Of a DNA stretch of 60,000 nucleotides, positions 13,290-25,829 are shown piece by piece. The DNA is from Camelus ferus (lineage: Eukaryota), in contig NC_045696.1 of the NCBI RefSeq assembly GCF_009834535.1, positions 6,512,001-6,572,000 of the forward strand. Reading direction: 5' to 3'. The notes under the pieces are model-generated. The model saw only the letters and a program-made list of their open reading frames with translations. It did no database searches and had not been told where the DNA came from. Both the position numbers and the translations under genes were made by a program. Within the stretch, counting starts at the first letter, position 1, and every line of letters starts with the position of its first letter.

Positions 13290-13440
13290 ACTCACCCCCA
13301 CTGAGGCCCACTATCAACTGACCGGCAATCAAGGAGGCAGGAAGAGGAAGTTCAGGGGAAGTAAACAGTGACCACTGGGAGGGAAGCGTCTAGAATATTT
13401 TTACCGCCTGTGGAAATGCATTATTACTGTTGAGTCAGAG
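13290..13440 (-). promoter_or_regulatory. Candidate myeloid-type proximal promoter or short first exon just upstream of exon 2
   Basis: Tandem PU.1/ETS-like AAGAGGAAGT (13342-13351) and CAGGGGAAGT (13353-13362), GTAAACA (13361-13367), AP-1 TGAGTCA (13431-13437), donor-like GG|gtgagt at 13295-13290. Confidence 0.4.
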
Positions 13441-13610
13441 ACCATTAGAGTTGAAAGGACCGTCAAATCCAAGGCATCTGACGCACATTTTTCAAACGAG
13501 GAGACCTAGGAGGTTGCAGTGACTTGTCTCTGTCACACAGAAGGTCCATGGCAGCAGGAAAGAGGTCCAAAGTCTTTGGAAGCTAGACCAGTGTTCTTGT
13601 CAGTACACCG
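13432..13610 (-). mobile_element. MIR/MIR3 fragment
   Basis: ttagagttgaaaggacc...catttttcaaacgaggagacc...gtgacttgtctctgtcacacag. Confidence 0.6.
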
Positions 13611-13712
13611 CAAACCCCTCCTAAACCTCCAGAATTTAATGCAATCTGTTCTAAATCCAGTAGGTTCTTTTACATCCTACTTTTCTGAAATACTCCTTCC
13701 TAAACTCTGTCA

Positions 13713-13721
13713 CTCTATCTA

Positions 13722-13767
<46 letters not shown>

Positions 13768-13785
13768 CATCTATTTTATCTATCT
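13713..13785. repeat. (TCTA)n/(TCTG)n compound microsatellite
   Basis: ctctatctatctgtctgtctgtctatctatctatctatctatctatctatctatccatc. Confidence 0.95.
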
Positions 13786-14974
13786 CCCCACATTTTTATC
13801 TGTCTTACACACAGAAGCGTACATTCATCCACACTTCTCTTCTGATCCACCAATATTGTAAGTAATTACAACAATTTTCTTTTATCATTTAAGTTGTCTT
13901 GATTATCAACGCATATAACATCTTATTTACTAGACCCTCCCAGTGTGTTCACAGTATGTTTGGCAAATGACCTCTACATCATCGCTGTATCAAGACCCTT
14001 AATCTCCTTCTTTGCACCTGTTTTATCACTTACATTTCATTATATGCTGTTAATTTATAGTATCTTTCCTCAGCAGACTTCTTTACTTCATATAATTTTA
14101 TGTTACTGCTTGAGATTTTTTCCCTTAGATTCTGCAAACCACTGGGCTTTACTTCTGAAATATTAAGGGACAAGAACAGTTTCCCAAAAGTGAAGGGTGG
14201 AAAGAAGAATAAAAGATATTTTCTTCTAATTTTCCCTCTCTTAATCCTGCAAATGAGCAATATTCCATACGAGCCATTAGTAGTTTTCTTTCGCCTCTGG
14301 AAATTGTGTTTATTTCTCCAGTTTTCATTATGTGATTCCTACAGGTGGGTTGGGACTAATTCTTAGAATGGCGATATCCTTATTGAAGTGAAGTCCTTGA
14401 AACTATTGCCTAGAGAGGTCAACGTTACTCTCTCCTGTTTCAAGCCAATGGCATACACGTGACATGAAGTCACTTAGCGCTTATGCCGCGTAACACTTGT
14501 TTTCTGGAGATAAAGGGAACACAGACACAAACACACTCTGGAAACAGAACTAAACAGTAGGCACACTGAAATAGACACTTGTCTGTATGAAAAACCACAC
14601 TACCCGTGCTGGGGATAAAACAATGAAAGCAGAAAAGAAATGGAAAGGGAGTTCCCATCACCATCCTCAGGAGGGAAAAGTTCTGTCCAAGAAAGGAGAA
14701 CGGAGGTCAAAGAAATCAGCCGCTGCGAGCTGGAGCGCACTGCCTTGTCAGAGGGAATCAGCCCATAAATGGCCAGAGAGCCCCTGGCCAGTTAGGAGAA
14801 ATCTATGTGCAAATAATAAGCAAGAACAGAGTCAGGATAGAGCCAGAAATGCTCTGAAGCGGGAAGGATCCGAATAAGTAACAACGACAGTAAGAAAATA
14901 GATTCAGATTAGTGAGAAGAATCATGAAGCTTCAGGTCACTAGTGACAATCTTCATCACCACACACAGGTAACC

Positions 14975-15140
14975 CGAGAGCACCGCGCACCAGCCAGTCT
15001 TCCACGTGCTTTCCACGTGTGAACGCCATGAGCTCTCCCGCCAGCCCTGAGAGACCAGTACCATCATCTCATCATCGTCCCCGTGAGGAGGAAACGGAGC
15101 CACAGAGAGATGACATGACCCACCCAAGTTCTCAACAGTG
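14975..15140 (-). mobile_element. MIR fragment
   Basis: gagcaccgcgcaccagcca...catcgtccccgtgaggaggaaacggagccacagagagatgacatgacccacccaagttctcaacag. Confidence 0.65.
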
Positions 15141-15197
15141 GGCGCGTGGCAGTGGTGTCCCTGAGAACCCCCGTGCCCACGCTCTCCACCGCCCTGA

Positions 15198-15347
15198 CCA
15201 AGATGCTCAAACTCAAGCTGCGTCAGAACCACCTGGAAGGCTTGGAGTGTCTGACTCAGTAGGTTTGGGGTGGAGCCCAAAAACGTGCATGTCCAGAAAG
15301 TTCCCAGGTGATGCCCCTGCGCCAGGAACACACACTGAGAACCACCA
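15198..15347. mobile_element. MER5A-like DNA transposon
   Basis: gctcaaact...tcagaaccacctggaaggctt...tctgactcagtaggtttggggtggagccc...aagttcccaggtgatgc...cacactgagaaccac. Confidence 0.85.
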
Positions 15348-15766
15348 TGCTGCGATGCTGATGTCGGATCATATCAGCAGCTTAGCAGCTGTTCTTGCTT
15401 GATGAATGTCCTGCTCTCTCACCTCCCCTTAGCACTGGAAAATAACACTGTTGCAAGTAGACATGGAGAACATCTGTGTATTACTTTTCAGAAACATCTG
15501 GTCTCCACCATCCTTCTAGGTAAATGACTGCCAATGACAGTGGCCGAAGACTAAGTACTAATTTTTCTTCAGTAGATACAAAGTATGTAATTACCTGCTG
15601 TAATATTTATCAAAAATGAATTGGTTTAATGGAGACTCACTGAAAAATACTTTATGAAAACTTAACAATAAAAGATCGTGTCCATGTTTGCACTTATGTG
15701 CAAACATTAAACCTTTCGATGAGGAGTTAAGACTACAGATATCTCCACTGATAGGTCTCCTTATTC

Positions 15767-15866
15767 TTTTTTTCAATTTTTTTCTTTCTTTTTTTCAATT
15801 GAAATATAGTCAGTTTACAATGCTGTATCAGCTTCTGATCTACAGCATAATGTTTCAGTCAATATA
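15767..15866 (-). mobile_element. LINE-1 3' end fragment
   Basis: T-rich tail then aattgaaatatagtcagtttacaatgctgtatcagcttctg...cagcataatgtttcagtc; same family as 47770-47974. Confidence 0.85.
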
Positions 15867-15894
15867 CAATAAGCATTAACTTTTTAAAGCAGCA

Positions 15895-16095
15895 ATATAT
15901 GGTGAATCTGATCAAAACTGTAACATATTATTTATATGTATTATATAAATGTCATAGAAATATTATGTTATAAGATATGTAAACATTATATATTATAAAA
16001 TTTATGTTATATAACATTCACAGTAAATATATAGATATTATGATACATTATTTATATGATACTGAGTCTATATTATAAAATAATATAAATAATTC
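15895..16095. repeat. AT-rich low-complexity tract
   Basis: Degenerate (TA/TAT)n sequence. Confidence 0.7.
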
Positions 16096-17384
16096 TAGTG
16101 GAAATATTAGCCAAAATTAAGCACAGACGAATCTTTAGTTTCATAATAGACTTTTACCCACTTTTACTAGCCAACCTGTGTTTATAGGGTATCTAACTCT
16201 CAACATTGAGATAATCCAGCTAACTTCCATATGATGCTTGGTTACTAAAAAAAAAATGTATGACTTAAGAATATTTTCTTTCCCTCTAGTTAGTACAATA
16301 CTGAGAACTTCTAAAAACTTAAGAGCTCTGTTGAGTCAAATTAGAGAAGTTTTCAGTTTGCATGTCCTTGGAAAATCTTGTGTGTTCCATGGTGGGCTAA
16401 CACATAGAAAAATAATTTTAAAAAGTGGGGGGCAGCAGCTCCCCAAACCTGGAGTTTCTCAACCAGGCCCCAGGTGATGTCATTCCACGTACCTTCAAAT
16501 GGAGCAGTGAGGCCTGGACGAACGAAACCCAAATCCAACCACAACTCTGGGCTTCCAGACTAAAATTAGAACGCGAGGGACTCTGACTTTAAAGCTCTGG
16601 CCAAACAGCTTCCTGTTTGTAAGAAAAGTCGCTTGAAAAGCTTTCTTGGATGTCAAATATTTCTGACAAAACAGGTTTTACTGATGATCTCTCTCTTTGC
16701 TGCAAATCCAAAGTACCTGGATGACATTTCGCTTGAAGGGTACACGGGTTTAAACATTAAGTAGAAAAAAGTGCTTGACAAGAATGTATTTGGGGTTGAC
16801 TGAACTCAAAAGGTTGAAAAATGATGGAAAATAAACTCAGTGAGGCTTAGCTCTCCTTCCTTTGGATCCTGTGACTGGGGCCACACGCACACGCGCCGGG
16901 GCCTTTGGCTTTGGCCTTGCGCCATCCTCCACCTCGCTCTTCATAGCAGTCTCGGATTCGCTTCAACGGCTGTGTTCCCTGTTCTTAATCCAGTTCTTGA
17001 CTCCATCAGTGTCAGCTGAGGACACAACGGCTTTGCCCAGGCGGCCTCAGAAGCAGCCATGTTCACTGGAGGAGAACAAGGTGGCCAAGGCTGACTCTCA
17101 GTGGATTCCAAAGGGTGGCCCTTTGGTTTTATCTGCTGGAGAAATCACTCTTTCCATCTGCAAACCCACGTTATGTCTCAGGCCACTGAGGGCTGAGGAT
17201 GGCTAGAAGGAGGGGCAGCTTCTGGGAGGCTGTAGATTGGGATATTCTTCCCCGTGAGAAATGAGAGGCTCTGACGGGAAGCACCAGTCAAGTCGGGCCA
17301 GTTCACAGCCTAGTGTCCTCTTTCCTAATGTTTTGAAGATATGAACTTGGAACCCCGTTGGTAGAGCCGTGGTCATTTGTGGTT

Positions 17385-17785
17385 GTTGTGGTTGGCTGTT
17401 GCTTCCACTTGCTAGCTGCCCCTTCTCTGCTGGATCCCTCCAAAAGAATCCTTCCCTCGGCTTGTCCCTGCCAGGGAGTATGTTTCCACCCTTTTGTGTC
17501 AGATGCGGTCATGTGACTGCTTCAGCCAATGAAGTGTGAGCCGCAGTAACTCAAGCCTCACCTGCACAAAGGTGTGAGAATGGCTCGATTCTGCCACTGA
17601 TCTCGGGTGAGGCTAGATAGGGCTGTTCCTTCCTTTGGATGGTGGGAGGAGGGAGACACTTGGAGCTAAGCTACAGCTGAGCCAAAGCTGACTTGTAACA
17701 CGGGTGAGGGAAAAAACCCTTGTTGCCATGTTGAATTCTTGGAATTGTTTGTTACGAGGCAAAACCTAGTGAAAGTCTGACTGCA
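17385..17785 (+). mobile_element. MaLR (MLT1-type) solo LTR remnant
   Basis: ggtcatgtgactgcttcagccaatgaagtgtgagc...tgagggaaaaaacccttgttg...gaattgtttgttacgaggcaaaacctagt...ctgact. Confidence 0.7.
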
Positions 17786-17852
17786 GGGATGGTTTTACTA
17801 CATCCTTTTGTATGTTAGGATTACCTGCTTGATCTCAAAGGTACTGTATTTA

Positions 17853-18080
17853 CATTACTGTATATAAAATAGATAAACAACAAGGACCCACTGTATAGCA
17901 CAGGGAACTATATTCAACTTCTTGTAATGTGCCATAATGGAAGAGAAACTGAAAAAATATAAATGTGTGTATATATACAGTTATATATATATCTATCTCT
18001 CTCTATATATATATCGCTTTGCTGTACATTGAAACTGACATTCTAAATCAACTACATTTCAATAAAAAAATAAGTTAAAA
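17853..18080 (+). mobile_element. 5'-truncated LINE-1 3' end with 16-bp TSD
   Basis: tatataaaatagataaacaacaaggacccactgtatagcacagggaactatattcaa...caataaaaaaa; TSD aaaggtactgtattta (17837-17852) and aaagctactgtattta (18081-18096). Confidence 0.92.
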
Positions 18081-18474
18081 AAAGCTACTGTATTTAAAGA
18101 AAATCTGCAAAGTTTTGAAATATCTCTTAATGTAAACTGCAAATGTTGGTCTACGGCTAAACCCTGAATAGAACAAGAAATACAAATCTAACAAGATTTC
18201 AGTGGGAAGAAAGACTTGCCTGATCCCTCAGAACAGCATAGAAAAGGTGAATAATTCTTCTCATGGACTTACTTCTAAATTAGTCCTTACATTTATCATG
18301 ATAACTTTGCAGGGCAAGATTTAAGGACCTCAGATTCTGTCACTCTTACTTCTGTGGAGCAAGAAGTCCTTGGTTAAGGATCTGGTGGCCTCATGACCTG
18401 TGATGGCAAACACACCAGGCGAATGTCGATGACGTCATTGTCACTGATAACCTTCATTTGGGATGGGGGTACTT

Positions 18475-18920
18475 CAAAGGGACCAGGCACCTTTCAAAGC
18501 AATTACAGAGGGTATTTTATTTAACCCTTCTCTTTACCTTGTGAAGAAAGTAACTTCTTGGCTTTCTGAGTGAGGAAACTAAGCTTAGACTAGGTAAGTT
18601 ACCCATGTTTGTAAAGTTAGTACACGGAGGACCTCGCTGGCAAACCAGATCTGTCTGCCCCCATCCCTGTGCACCTCTGTCCTCAAAACTAACTCATGGG
18701 GAGCATCTCTTCCAATGACATGGTGCAATGCAGCATAGAACAGGTTTCCTGCTCATTACGTGTTAGTAGCCCCTATGGAATAAATAGCTGTAATGTATTT
18801 ATCGCTTATCCTGTGTCAGACCTTATACGAGGTGCTGTATGTTAACTTAACTCTCACTTTGATTCCGAAAGAGGAGTTACTACTATTATTCCTGTATTCC
18901 AAGTAAGGAAACTGATGCGC
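18475..18920 (-). mobile_element. Two MIR fragments
   Basis: tgaggaaactaagcttag...aagttacccatg and atttatcgcttatcctgtgtcagac...attattcctgtattccaagtaaggaaactga. Confidence 0.6.
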
Positions 18921-18967
18921 CATAAGGTCTGTTTGAGTCTGTAGTCCTTGCTTCTCACCTCTACAAC

Positions 18968-19140
18968 GCAAGTTCTCCAACGTCAGTGAGTGTCAGAATA
19001 TTTGGAAGTCTTGAGACACACATGGCCCCACCCAGGGTCTCTGATTCAGTGCGTCTAGAACAGAGCCCAGGAATCTGCACTTCTAGTAAGTCCCCAAGTG
19101 ATGCTGACGCTGCAGGTCTTGAGACCACACTCTGAGAGCA
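18968..19140. mobile_element. MER5A-like DNA transposon
   Basis: gttctccaacgt...ggccccacccagggtctctgattcagt...gaatctgcacttctagtaagtccccaagtgatgctgacgctgcaggtcttgagaccacactctgag. Confidence 0.85.
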
Positions 19141-22100
19141 TCGTCCACGCTGTTCACCACTTAGAGTTACACGGAGCGTGTGGGAAATTCACAAGCATGC
19201 CAACTGGGTTACCTGAAAGTTCAGTCTCATTGCTTTCAAACAAAGGAATGGACCCCTTGGTGTGACAAGGAAGAGCAAGTCAACGGGGTTAAATATACAA
19301 AGATGGCAGCCACTGGGTGAGTTTCCAGCTACCTGGGAAGAGTGTCCCAGGAGAATCGCAGTTCAGGTGAACTGTCTTGGGGTGGGGGAGGGGGAGGGAA
19401 TGAGAATTTCTGGGCAAAGGAAAGCAATTAGTTTAAAAGCGTTCTTCTCTGGGCAGTGGGTATCATCCCAGAGTGGATTTCAGGATTCACTGGCTGAGAA
19501 CGTCAGAGGCCCGAGGAAAGACCCCGGCTTTTAGAGCCAAGAGAGCTGAAGCCAGAAGGACTTTAGCGGTCTTCTTGCTCAGCCTCCAGTGTGGTTACAG
19601 ATGTTCCACAAATGAAGCAATTTGTGGTCAGGCAATTTGGGGAAGCTTTGCCTACCGAACCTCCAAACAACCCGCTGTCTCCACCCACTGGAGACTCACA
19701 CTGCACGCTAGCCCATCACGGGGTCTGAGAAGTTCTATGGCAGAGAAGCACGCTTAACTCGGTAAATCTGGCATTTACCCGACACCTGGGAGCACTCCGG
19801 GGCGGGCTCATCGGGCTTAAACCTAGAACTTTACATCTGGAGAAAAAAGAGGGTCAAGAAAGTTTGAGTAATTTGCTCAAGGCCACTGAGCCAGTGGCAG
19901 GAGCAGGGCTGGAAACAAGCCTTTGTGAGTCTTAGTCCACTTGTTGGGCAGGTCTCTTTCTCTCTTTGTGGTCAGGAAATATCTTGAGATGAGCTATGTA
20001 TCTCGCTGGACCCTGAAGACAGGGCAGCAGAGACAGGGAGGACCACGGCATCAAAATTGCTTAGCGATGTTCACCAGAAATGCCCGCTCTCAGGTACCAT
20101 ACTCCAGCCGCTGCATCAGGAGTGTCTTAAATTAGAACATCCAAATTCTGAAAGGATTATGTGGCTAGAGGTTGTCAGTGATGGCTCAGAGAACCAGCAA
20201 GGTCTATCTTTTGCTTTATTATACACTGGAAAAGCAACAAGTACTTCTTCCAAGACAAATCCCACATGTTTACATTGCATGTGAGCATCAGATGATCCAA
20301 TTTGCCTCTGTGGTCGAATATTTAGCCTTTTCCCCTATGTTTCCATTCCATTATTATTGTATCAAATTCCATAAGTAACTAAAAAATCCTTTTCCACCTC
20401 TAAATGCGGTTTGCATAGTGATACCCTTTACTCCTCAATGCAGAATCTTAAAAATTTTTTTTTTTTTACTTTCCGGAGAACATCAACCTTTCTCTTGGCA
20501 AAGACAAGTTTAAACAGATACAGGGTTCACCAGGAGACTCATTTTCCATTTGCCATGGCGAAGAATCTGAACTCTGGAGAAAGGTATCATTTGCTGAATA
20601 TTTTTGTAAAGACAGTTTAATTTCAGGCCCTTTATTTGGGAGCGAGCTGGCTAACCCAAATAAAACATTATCCATCTGTCTGTTGTTATGAGTGACCAGC
20701 TTCAGCTGAACGTTATTACTTAATAACAGCTAACTTTCCTATAGAGTAAGAATGTGCAACAGCTAAAAAGCAAATGGAAATTTCCTCTGGTTTACCACCC
20801 TCGGTCTCTCTGTGCTCCAACATGTGACGAACTCGGGTAATAAGCATATTCTCCCCTCTAATCACAACGTGGCTTGGACATGCATTGTTGTAAGATGACT
20901 GGAAAAACAGGAAAATTTATGTCTGGGGAGAAAAAAAAACAAGGCGTATTGTATTGCGTTAGCCTCCCTAACGCACTGCCCCCAGTTTTCTCTTCAGGGA
21001 AGAGATTTAACTAGCTCATGGAATCTTACTGACTCTTCTTGTCTGGGTTCGTTCAAATATAAAACAGAGAAGATGCCCCCCGCCCCTCCGATGGCCCCGT
21101 TCAGATAAAGAGATGAAAACGCAGAGCCATTGGGTTGGTCTGGTCGGAACCCGGAGCCCGGAGTAAGTCGGAATGGAAGGCATCTGGTTCTGCAGATGGT
21201 ACTTGTCGAAAAATAAGCGTTTGTGTATTCTACTTAATGAAACTTCAAACTGGGCACAGTCAGAACATTAAAAGAAGAAGAAGAAAAAAAAGAAAGCAAG
21301 CAGGAAAGTTTGTTTTCTCAAACCCCCATCTCTGTACTTAAAAAGTTGCTTGAGACTAGATCACCACATTTTTACAATACATTGTTATATAATTTGCAAC
21401 ATTTAGATTGATTTCCCACTAAATAAATTCCTCACTAAGACATTGAACCCACGACCTGTGAGCACTCACATCAGCCCTTTTCTGCCTCACATTTATTACA
21501 TTTTTTTCCTAAGATGAAGGCATAGGAATATAGAAAGAGTATCACTTTATAAATATACGTACCAATTACAGCCTGGTTTATTTTTCTGGCTTCATGCTGA
21601 ATACTTTTTCTTCTATTTAAGATAAATTTGGTTTCTATCAACTGGTGATTCATGGGCTTGGGTGTGATTCACCTGGATGAGGGTAAAATTCTTCCCCTTG
21701 GTGATTTCTAGGCTCCTCATTTTCAAGATTAGAATCTCATCCCAGACAGAGGAAATTATGACTTTCACTTTATGGGAACCAAGTTATTCAACAATGGGAT
21801 GGGTGTCAAAAGGTTTTGAAATTCAGTTTCACTATCAGTCTAAACTTCGACCACATTTCTCTGATATAGAAACTGGGTATCACGGGATCTCGGGGGGACA
21901 CCGTTAATACCAAAATTCTTGGATTGCGGTCAATTTACATTAAGGACTGGTAATATTTCTGCTTGTCCCAAAGTTGAAAACACAGGTGTTTGTGATCATT
22001 GTGTGATAATATGAAAATTTCAAATTTCAAAATACCTTCACATTTAATCAATGTCTGAGACCTTTGGCAGTTAACTAATCTCCAGTATAAGAAATCACAT

Positions 22101-22153
22101 TCTAACCACCTGTAGTTAATTAGTTGGGGACATTAGCTCAGTTTTGGTGTTTT

Positions 22154-22363
22154 TAGGGTTGCCAGGTAAAATACATGACGCTGAGTCAAAACTGAATTTC
22201 AAGTGACAACAAGTAATTTTTAGTTTAAGTATGACTCATACAGGACTTGATATATACTTATACTCAAAATTATTCATTATTTATTTGAAATCCATACGTA
22301 GGTACTATGTGGATATAGTACAAAGGCACCCCATATTTTTATTTGCTAAATCTGGCATTCCCA
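22154..22363. mobile_element. MER53-like palindromic hAT MITE
   Basis: Termini tagggttgccag ... tttgctaaatctggcattccca; internal inverted arms tttagtttaagtat / atacttatactcaaa. Confidence 0.8.
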
Positions 22364-22836
22364 AGGAGGAGCAAATCTATGCTCAAGAGTAGCTCAGAAG
22401 GTCAAAAATTTCAAAGACTGGGTTTAATGTACAGAGAATTTTCTTAGAAGAACAGCAACCCAGATTTCCCCAGTACTAGGAATCCAGGAAATAAATCTAA
22501 CCATTGTGCAATGGGAGTGCAGCTTTTTCACTCATGTTGCACTGGAAAGTGTCAGGAAGTCTAGTAAGTCTAGGCTCATTCTTAATATTTTAGCTCGGGG
22601 ATTCTTAATCATTTTTGTGTTATTGTCCTTTTTGGCAGACAGGTAAGATTTATGAGTGTTTAAACGTGTTTCAATAGATACAAATAAAATAAATATGATT
22701 GCAGAGACAAAAATATTCAAATGCACTCATTACAATATTTTAAAAACAAAATGGTAGTTCTTTTTCAAGTTTTAGTTAATAAGAATTCGCTTTTTGAAGG
22801 AGTAGTGAGCAGAAATGTTATTTCAAGATCTCTGGA

Positions 22837-22980
22837 TGGTAGCTCACGGCGAAAAAAATGTGACAATGAATATATGTATGTTCATGTATAACTGAAAAAT
22901 TGTGCTCTACACTGGAATTTGACACAGCATTGTAAAATGACTATAACTCAACAACAAAAAAAAAGTTAAAAAAAAAAAAA
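22837..22980 (+). mobile_element. Young LINE-1 3' end with long poly(A)
   Basis: tgtgacaatgaatatatgtatgttcatgtataactgaaaaattgtgctctacactggaatttgacacagcattgtaaaatgactataactcaa plus A-tail; flanks aagatctctgga and aaggtctctgaa. Confidence 0.9.
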
Positions 22981-23749
22981 GGTCTCTGAAGCCACTGCAT
23001 GTTGAAACACTGGGCTTTCCACTATGACAAAGTCACAACCGGGGCTGAAATGATTGTGGTATGTGATATATTCATAGTAAAACAAAAAGCCTAACTTTTA
23101 GTTAGAGGTGATTGAGAATAAACTGTTCCTCTTCCCCCACCTCCCTCCACCCCTCCCCACCATCCTAGGTCATGGTCACTCCTGAATTCTGCCTCTAATC
23201 TCTCCAGGCTCCATGGACCTGGATGTAACCCTTGCTGTGAGTGAGGCTTCTCCACGCAGCAAATCTGATTATGTCACAGAAATCAGGCCCAACTACTGAA
23301 TCCTTAATTGATTTCCCTACCAACACTCTTGCCATGGTAAACAATTAGCCTCTCAAATAGATGCTGTTTTCTTGTGGAAGAAGAGTTGGGACACTTAACA
23401 GTTGACTCCTTTTCCAGTAAGACATCCCTGCACGCACTAGTGGTGGCGGTGACCACCATCTGGTTGGTTAGCAAGTAATCTGAGCAGCGACAATACCAGC
23501 AGGGAGACGTTCCAGCACCTCCCACCCTGGAAGTAATGGTACAGCTTCTCACAGGGAAACAGAGGAGGAACTGCTGCTCGGGGAGATATGCAATTCACGT
23601 GCTGCGTTTCTCAGAACTCGGAAGCTGGATTTTCACAGTTAATATGCTATTCAGTTGCATGCAACTTTAGATTCCCGTGATTTCATCATAACTCTAACCC
23701 AGAAGCAAAGAAAGCTTACTCATCTAAAGGGTAGTAATTCGGACAGTTC

Positions 23750-24020
23750 ACAAATCCTCCAGCAGCCTCCACGGCTGACGGGATAAATCCCAAACACCTT
23801 TGCAAAGCAACAGGCTCTCCTAAGCCCTGGCTCTGGCTCCCTCTTCATCTTGGTGCCTGCAGGACTTGGTCTGGGTGTGAACTTGCCCTTTCCCGACAGC
23901 TCAACGCGTCCTTGGCTCCATGAATGGGCAGCAGCTCCTTCCTCAGGGGCTCGTCCTGAGCTTTGCTGCTCCGTGAACTCCCTCTTGCTTCAAAGGTCAG
24001 GTTGAATATTACCTCCTCTG
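23750..24020 (+). mobile_element. L2 LINE fragment
   Basis: ggataaatcccaaacacctt...cttcaaaggtcaggttgaatattacctcctctg. Confidence 0.55.
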
Positions 24021-24051
24021 TACTTAAAAAAAAAAAAAAAGCACTTCTTCA

Positions 24052-24280
24052 GAGGCAGCGTCGTGTAAAGGTTAAGAGGACAGGGCCCTGCTTCTGTTAA
24101 AAGTTGCTGTGTGACTTTGAACAACTTACTTAACCCCTCTGAGATTCAGTTTCTGCATCTGCAGACTAGCCTTAATAATCATGCCCATTTGTGATAGGAC
24201 TGTGCGAGGTTAAAATACAAAAAGTGCCATGAAACTCTGCCTGTTCACTCTTACTATTGTGTAAGAGTTAGCTGTTATCA
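24052..24280 (+). mobile_element. MIR SINE
   Basis: ctgtgtgactttgaacaacttacttaacccctctgagattcagtttctgcatctgca. Confidence 0.85.
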
Positions 24281-24479
24281 TTGTAAGTTTCCAATAAACA
24301 AAACACACAAAATAAGACTTACCCAAAGGAAATTACATTGACCACAATAACAAAAAATTCTCAGGTCAATAAGAATCCTTGTCACCTGAACAGTAACATT
24401 TATAAATATACAATTTAAAAAAAACTTAAAAGGTAAAAATACTTGAAACTATTTCCATATTTTTTTGATCCTTTGTACA

Positions 24480-25800
24480 CCAATTTCTTGAGCACTTGCT
24501 ATGTGCCAAACACTGTGCAGGCCTCTGGAGATCCAACAGGGAAGAAGACTGACTTGATCTGTGCTTTCATGGAGTTCACAACAGAGCAGGGAAGGGAGGT
24601 ATTAAATGAATCATTAGGTGAGTTATTTCAAGACATTTGTGGGGAAAACTAGGGAGAAAGTGAAGGATGGATGAGGGACTAGAGCATGGGATGTATAATA
24701 TGTCCTAGCCTGGAGGTCCAGGAGGGCTTCCCTGGGGAGGTGGCATGAAGGTGAGGACAAAGGAGGAGGAGTACTTGGCAGATGAGGAGGCAGGCTGGGA
24801 GGGAGGTGGGCCGAGGGCCACAGGGCATTTGTAAACGCCTGGAGCTTGCACCTTCCAGGAAGTGAGGAAGGGTGCTGAGAAGGGGAGGGTGGAGCGGGGT
24901 GAAGCAGGAGCATTGGGCTGAGCCCTGCCGTGCAGGGCTCAGTGGGTGGGCCCTTTGAAGACCGTGGCCTTCATCCTAGATGAACAAGAAGCATCTCAGG
25001 GTTTCCACCAAGGAAGAGATAGGATCAGACTTGCTTTTTAAAGCCATCACTGGTGACATGACCTGGGGAGTGGATTGGCAAGAGGCAAGCGTGGATGCTG
25101 AAGTCTGGTTTTTTGGTGCTTTCAGTAATCTGAGCTAAAACTGCCCATATGCATGGACAAGGATAGTGCCAGCTGACGGAGAGAAGTGGGGGCTCTGGGT
25201 TACATGCTCCTGATGGAACCAATAGGCATCTCTGACAGGTGGTTTAGGACGAGGATGGGGGTACAGACAGGTCTCCAAGAGGACTCCTGACTTTCTGGCA
25301 TGAAAAAGAGGTGGATGGGATGTGGGTATTGTGACTCAGGGGACATCAGATCTTCCTCTGTAATTTAAAAATCACTCATGTGTTATTAGATACCCGTGTT
25401 GTTTGAATGTTTTGGTATTTTATCAGTCTGGAGCTCACTCTGGTACATAATACGGAAGGGGGGGTCCAGCCTCGGGTGGGGAGGTTTGCGGGAGGGGCTT
25501 GGGGCTGCTGGGTCACACCTAAGCAGAGATGCAGACGGGAGTTTGTGTGGATGGGCCTGATGTTCAAAAGAGAAACCTGGGCAGGAGGGACACCGTTACT
25601 GTGGAATTCGAAGCAGGTAAGTGGATGAGGTTCTTCTAGACATAGGGTGTGGGAGCAGCAGTCCCAGACTGAGTCTGGGGCAGCCCCGGGGCCAGGGAGA
25701 GCAAGAAGGAGCCAGGGGGGCAAGACACACTGATTTCACTGATCAAATAACCCAAGGTTTTGAAAGACACGTCAACACTCTGTATCCACAAGCACACAGA
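24480..25800 (-). mobile_element. L2 LINE remnant (3' end and body)
   Basis: ttgagcacttgctatgtgccaaacactgtgc...catggagttcaca...gagggcttccctggggaggtg...ggatcagacttgctttttaaagccatcactg; purine-rich antisense L2 texture. Confidence 0.75.
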
Positions 25801-25829
25801 GACGAATGGCTTCGTCCGTGACCTCGGGT

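Noticed and set aside
20955..20975. 8-bp stem hairpin TGCGTTAG-cctcc-CTAACGCA (similar 7-bp stems near 19761 and 27244)
   Set aside because: Stems this short occur by chance at this window size; no supporting context.
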